Shown here piece by piece: positions 47,521 through 54,026 of a DNA stretch of 54,026 bases (position 1 is the stretch's first letter; the number at the start of each line of letters is the position of its first letter). Below the pieces are notes generated by a model, which made no database searches, was not told where the DNA came from, and saw nothing but the letters and a program-made list of their open reading frames with translations. The stretch covers positions 62,001 to 116,026 of the forward strand of contig NW_027591101.1 in assembly GCF_964213995.1 (NCBI RefSeq), given 5' to 3'. A program made the position numbers and the translations under genes. This DNA comes from Mustelus asterias. Its lineage: Eukaryota.

Positions 47521-48293
47521 AGAGGCAGATCCTGCAGAGGCAGAGGCCCAGGATGAGTTTAAATCCAACCATTGTAACTGGTGGAATTTCAATTCTATTA
47601 ATAAATCTGGAATGCAAAGTAAAGACGACCAAGGAAACCTCCCTGATTCCCCACTGAAGGAAATCTGCAATCCTTACGTGGTTTCACCTGGATGTGATTC
47701 CAGGCGGTCGGCAGTATGGCTGACCCTTCAATGTCTTCTCTGAACCACTCAGTCCAAAGGAACTGAGGACAGGCAAAAAATGCTGGACTTTCCACCAATT
47801 TCCATCTCCCTGGAAGGAAAAGGGAAAGTAAACACAAATTTACATGTTTATGTATTACAACATATATCCTCTCTCTGAATCATCTCTCACAGTCTGTCTA
47901 TATTTTTTTTCTATCCATCCATTACAATATCCTGATTTGCTGGAAAAATCATCATTTTTGCAAACAGGGAAGCTGGAGAATTTTCATTTTCTGAGAGATG
48001 GCAATATTTCACATAGGTTTACAACTTTAAAAGATAAATTTCTTCCAGTACTGTTGCTGGGCAGGTTTGTTTATAAATAGGCCTCATTGACAATGTTGCG
48101 TGCTTGAATTTGGCTTGCAGCCAAGCGGTCAGTACTGAGGAAACAGCCCTTTGATTTGCTGAACTAACACGACCAGATGCTTCCTGTATATAACTTTAGG
48201 CGTTTGGTAGCAAGCTGGATTGCTGCCAAATACTGTGTGGGACAGAGTAGCGTTAATATGAAAAGACAAAATGGAATTTAGCCATTTAGTCAA

Positions 48294-48640
48294 GGGGTGG
48301 CACGGTAGCACAGTGGTTCGCACTGCTGCTTCACAGCTCCAGTGAATTGGGTTCGATTCCCGGCTTAGGTCACTGTCTGTGTGGAGTTTGCACATTCTCC
48401 TCGTGTCTGCGTGAGTTTCCTCCGGGTGCTCCGGTTTCCTCCCACAGTCCAAAGATGTGCGGGTTAGGTTGATTGGCCAGGTTAAAAATTGCCCCTTAGA
48501 GTCCTGAGATGCGTAGGTTCGAGGGATTAGCGGTAAATATGTGGTGGTAGGGCCTGGGTGGGATTGTGGTCGGTGCAGACTCGATGGGCCGAATGGCCTC
48601 CTTCTGCACTGTAGGGTTTCTATGATTCTATGATTCTATG
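48294..48640 (+). mobile_element. HE1-type V-SINE, full length
   Basis: Complete head, V-domain and (TTCTATGA)3 tail. Confidence 0.96.
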
Positions 48641-50123
48641 AAATGTTTCACAAAATTAGGAGGGATATGGCCAGGGAAGACTGGAACGAGTTATTTGTGG
48701 GGAAATCTACCGAAGAGCAGTGGGGGGTATTCAGAGAAGAAATGGGGAGGTCACAGACCCAACATGTTCCCTCGAGGGTAATAGGAAGCTATAACAAACG
48801 CAGAGAACCATGGATGATCAGAGAAATTAAGGGTACAATGAGAAGGAAAAGAGATGTTTTTAACAAGCATAAGGAGAGTAAGTCCGTGGAGGCATTCATG
48901 GAGCACAAAAGTGCAGGGTGGAACTTACGAAATCAATTAGGAGAGCAAAGAGGGGATATGAGAAAGCTCTGGTGTTAAATGTCGGGAGAATCCTAAGATG
49001 TTCTAAAAGTATATCAATGGGAAGAGGATAACCAGGGAAAGAATAGGGCCCATTATGGAACAAGGGGGAAATCTGTGGGGAGAGGCAGAGGACATTGGTA
49101 GGGTGTACATGAATATTTCACATCTGTCTTCACCCATGAGGAGGAGGTAGCTATGGAACACGTGGAGAGGGACTGTGAGGCTCTCGAGAATATTACCATA
49201 GGGAGTGACGAGTCATTGGATGTATTGGCGGGTTTAAAAGTGAAGTAATGAGGACCGTCAGAGGATACCGCAGGATATAGATTGGTTGAAGACTTGGGTG
49301 GAGAGATGGCAGATGGAGTTTATTCCGGACAAGAATGAGGTAATGCATTTTGGAAGGTCTAATACAGATGGGGAAATATACAGTAAATTGCAGAACCTTT
49401 AAGCTATTGATAGGCAGAGGGATCTGGGTGTACAGGTACACAAGTCACTGAAAGTGGCAACGCAGGTGGAGAAGGTAGTCATGAAAGGAATACGGTATGC
49501 TTGCCTTCATTGACCGGGGCATTGAGTTTAAAAATTGGCAAGTCATGTTGCAATTTTATAGCAACTTTGTCCGGCTGCACTTGGAATATAGTGTTCAATT
49601 TTGATCGCCGCACGACCAGAAGGATGTGGAGGCTTTGGAGAGGGTACAGAAAAGATTTACCAGGATGTTGCCTGGGATGTAGGGCATTAGCTATGAGGAG
49701 AGGTTGGGGAAACTTTGTTTGTTCTCAAAGGAACGACGGAGGCTGAGGGGCGACCTGATAGTCGTCTACAAGATTAAGAGAGGCATGGACAGAGTGGATA
49801 GTCAGAAGCTTTTTCCCAGGGTGGAAGAGTCAATTATTAGGGGGCACAGGTTTAACGCGTGGGGAGCAAAGTTGAGAAGAGATGTACGAGGCAAGTTTTT
49901 TTTTACGAAAGGGTGGTGGGTGCCTGGAACTCGCTGCTGGGGAAGGTAGTAGTAGCAGATACGATAGTGACATTTCAGGTGTGTAATGACAAATACACGA
50001 ATAGGATGGGAATAGAGGGATATGGTCCCCGGAAGGGTTAGGGGTTTTAGTTCAGTTGGGCAGTGTGGTCAGTGCAGGCTTAGAGGGCTGAAGGGCCCGT
50101 TCCTGTGCTATAATTTTCTTTGT
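48641..50123 (+). mobile_element. CR1/HER1-type LINE with an internal deletion (~49245)
   Basis: EDWNELFVGKSTEEQWGVFREE...PWM (tether region), then a jump to the RT C-terminus RRLRGDLIVVYKI and the 3' tail. Confidence 0.92.
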
Positions 50124-50769
50124 TTAATAACAACGAGAAATATTCGTCAAAATAAGCACACTATCTTCGCTGACACTCCAGTCTGACATTGAGGGATTGC
50201 TGCATTCTGTCACACAGTGTCCTTCACATGGAATTTGTCGAGGCTCTGGCCACACCCTTCCAATCATCCTTATAGAGCAGTGGCGCCAAAGGACAGAGAG
50301 ATTGTAAATATTACATCCCTGTTCAAAAACACAACAATTGCAGAACAATCAGCTTAACATCAGCTGTGGGGAAAAAATGAAACCAATAATCTGGGATGCA
50401 ATCAACTGGTACTTGGAAAAGTGTGGATTATTATTTTCATCATTTTCTGGTTTTAATACTGAAACCTCCCTGTATCTTAAAGCTGGGAGAGACCTTCTGG
50501 AAGGAATGGGGAGCTGAGACTTGTCCATGCGAGGAAATGAAGGCCTGAGACTGAAATCATTTGAGTCAGAAAGAATAAAAGATCCAATATTAGAACAGTT
50601 GGTAACAGGACATCAATTAATCTCCCCTTCTCCTGAAGGAATCACGGACTTGAAATACCGTGTATTTGAAACAAAGCTGATTCATTTAACAGACATCAAG
50701 ATATTAAACTCCCGCCCAGTAACATAGATTATTTACATCAGAAGAAATAAACGTTAATTGTTGAGTGAA

Positions 50770-51125
50770 GATGATTGAGAGGAAATTGATAGGGGTATTC
50801 GAGACTCTGAGAGGTATGGGCAGGTAAAATAATGAGAAAATGTTCCCACCAGGAGAACATCAAGAGCTAGACGGCGTAGATTTACATCAATGGGGAAAAC
50901 AGAGTAGAAGTGATATGAGGAAAAATCTTTTCAGGTTGAATGTGGTTGGAGTCTGGAATAAACTTCTGAGATGGCGGTGGAGGCGGCTTCGATGAAGGTA
51001 CCCAAAAGTCAATTGGATTGTTATTTGAAAAGAATATGCAAGGTTACTGGGGTAAGGCTCTTCCAGAGACCCCGTGCCGACTCGATGGCCTGAATGGCTT
51101 TGTTCTGCACTGTAAAGATTCTGTG
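50770..51125 (+). mobile_element. CR1-type LINE 3' end, old
   Basis: Decayed ORF2 end plus GACTCGATGGCCTGAATGG...CTGCACTGTAAAGATTCTGTGAT tail. Confidence 0.7.
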
Positions 51126-51347
51126 ATGAGAGTTCCAGAATGATGGAGAAAGATTACAGACAACGGCTCATAAATGGACACTGCAACCCCGAGAACACAA
51201 TCAGCTGACGATTCAGAATATTAAACTCCAGCCCAGTTACAGGGGTTGTTAACATCAGCAGAAACAGACCCCAAATGTCAGAATGAATGTGGCTCACTCC
51301 TAGCTGCGATTAACAGCAGCACCTACAGCAGAATCCACTCCCTACAC

Positions 51348-52308
<961 letters not shown>

Positions 52309-52722
52309 CTGCAAAAGAAGTTAACAAAATTACTGTCAGTTCAGGACAGAAATTCAAAACAGACAATTCTAATATCCGGAACATGTTTTCTTCTCTTGTT
52401 CCCCCAAATCTGTAAATCTCTGCCCCACATGATCTCCCTTCCCTCTGGGCTGAAATTCAAATAATGTGCTGCTTATTTTTTCAGTATCCTTTTGACCAAA
52501 TTGTATAAATCACTTCAAGGCCTCGTTCCTCCCTATCTCTCAAATCCCCTTTTGCTTCATAATCCTCTGATGTATCTGCACTGCTCTAATACTCGCTTCT
52601 TGAGCATTCTGTACTCTAATCGCTCGACCATTAGTTACCAGGCCGTCAATTTCCCCGGCTCCAAGGTCTGAAATTCTCTCCCGAATTTCTCCATCTGCCT
52701 CCCTCCCTTTCCTGCTTTAAAC

Positions 52723-53038
52723 GGTGACACGGTGGCCCAGTGGTTAGCACTGCTGCTTCACAGCGCCAGGGGCCTGCATTTGATTCCCGGCTTGGGTCGC
52801 TGTCTGTGTGGAATTTGCACGTTCTCCCCCGTGTCTGCGTGCGTTTCCTCCAGGAGATTCGGTCTCCTCCCACAGTCCAAAGGTGTGCGGGTTAGGTGGA
52901 TTGGCTCTGCTAAATTGTCCCTTAGTGTCAAGAGGACGAGCTGGGATAAATACATGGTTATGGGGATAGGGCCTGGGTGGAATTGTGGTTGGTGCAGACT
53001 CGATGTTGCGAATGGCCTCCTTCTGCACTGTAGGACTT
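52723..53038 (+). mobile_element. HE1-type SINE followed by (TA)n (53039-53061)
   Basis: Head GGTGACACGGTGGCCCAGTGGTTAGCACTG, V-domain, tail CTTCTGCACTGTAGGA. Confidence 0.93.
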
Positions 53039-53699
53039 TATATATATATATATATATATATTGCTGTAAAAAGGGCATGCTGTCCTTGTAGTCATCAGAA
53101 CAGATTCCAGAATTCCAAATTTCAAAATATCACTCAGGCTGCATATATTCATGGACAAGAACCTGTCCTCTGCAGGTCAAAGGAAAAGCCTGGGGGAGCA
53201 TCGGTGGATGGGGGTTGGGCGGGGGGGGGGGGGGGGGGGCGGTTGACAGCTCCGTCACTTGTTCTACATAGCAATGGCTAGACTAATCAGAGCTGACTGG
53301 CAAACCAATGGTTGTCCTTTGCTTCCACAGTATAAATTGTTGTTCCCTTTGGAATCTTGATGAGAGCAATATGAAAAGCTTTAACACCATGCCTCTTTTT
53401 TCAGCAATACTTAGGTTTTGTACTATCTGCCTACGATTTAAGACACTCCTTAAAATAAACCACTTTTCCCAAGCTTCAGATCACTTGTTTGAAAAAGTCC
53501 TGATGCGTCTGGCTTTCTCACTTTGTTTCATAATGTTCCTGTGAAATGCACTGGGACTGGTGATGTTAATGGTGTTATATAAATACAAGTTGCTGCTGAC
53601 TGTAACCCTGGAGTCCTCTTTCAACAATGCATTGATTTCACGACAAATTCTATCTCCAATATTTTGTCTTCTGTGGATTATTCATTCGGATTTGCCCAA

Positions 53700-53830
53700 T
53701 TGCAAGATGGCGGACACGCATGCGCCCTGCAGCTTACTACCCCATACATTGACACACACGCATGCGCCTTGGCACTCACTGCCTTCTTTCAAGATGTCGG
53801 ATGTGAACTCGGGCCTGAAGGCCCGAGGAT
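53700..53830. promoter_or_regulatory. Housekeeping-type promoter-like element (YY1 and two NRF1-like motifs)
   Basis: CAAGATGGCGG (53703-53713; YY1 consensus), ACGCATGCGC twice (~53716 and ~53758; NRF1 GCGCATGCGC-like), a second CAAGATGTCGG (~53790), and local CpG enrichment. Confidence 0.6.
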
Positions 53831-54026
53831 TTTGTTTGTACTCGATATACCGCTTGTTCATGAAGCCTCAGAACCCACCAACCGGCTCAATATCTGTTTC
53901 CGGTTCTACTTCGGGCTCTGCATCCGTACTGGGTCTTGGTAAAACTCTCCATTTAAAACCCTCTCGCTTAAGCTCCTTGCCGTCTGTCTCCAGGGATTGC
54001 ACATGCTCCAGCTGCAAACCCGGATG

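Overview
Repeat-rich vertebrate genomic DNA, almost certainly from a cartilaginous fish (shark): it carries many HE1-type V-SINEs, CR1/HER1-type LINE fragments and Penelope-like termini. The non-repeat content is an antigen-receptor V-segment region interleaved with a decaying tRNA cluster. (1) One apparently intact TCR alpha/delta-type V gene (+; leader exon 14690-14735, V exon 14951-15257, near-perfect 23-RSS 15258-15296). (2) A divergently oriented TCR alpha/delta-type V pseudogene (-; 11205-11859, split by a SINE, RSS retained, CTCF-like motif just past the RSS). (3) An IgM-type IgH V pseudogene (+; ~40378-40868). (4) About ten tRNA genes and relics within 0.5-18.2 kb, including an apparently intact tRNA-Thr(CGT) and an intron-containing tRNA-Pro(TGG). 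(5) A C2H2 zinc-finger pseudogene (-; 51.3-52.3 kb) and a YY1/NRF1-type promoter-like element at the right end. An old diverged duplication (~26.9-38.8 kb vs ~40.9-48.3 kb) brackets the IgH V relic. Most ORFs in the supplied track are spurious or repeat-derived. I found no D, J or C segment and cannot claim a wholly new system; the best leads are combinations of known parts. All alignments were made by eye and repeat boundaries are approximate.
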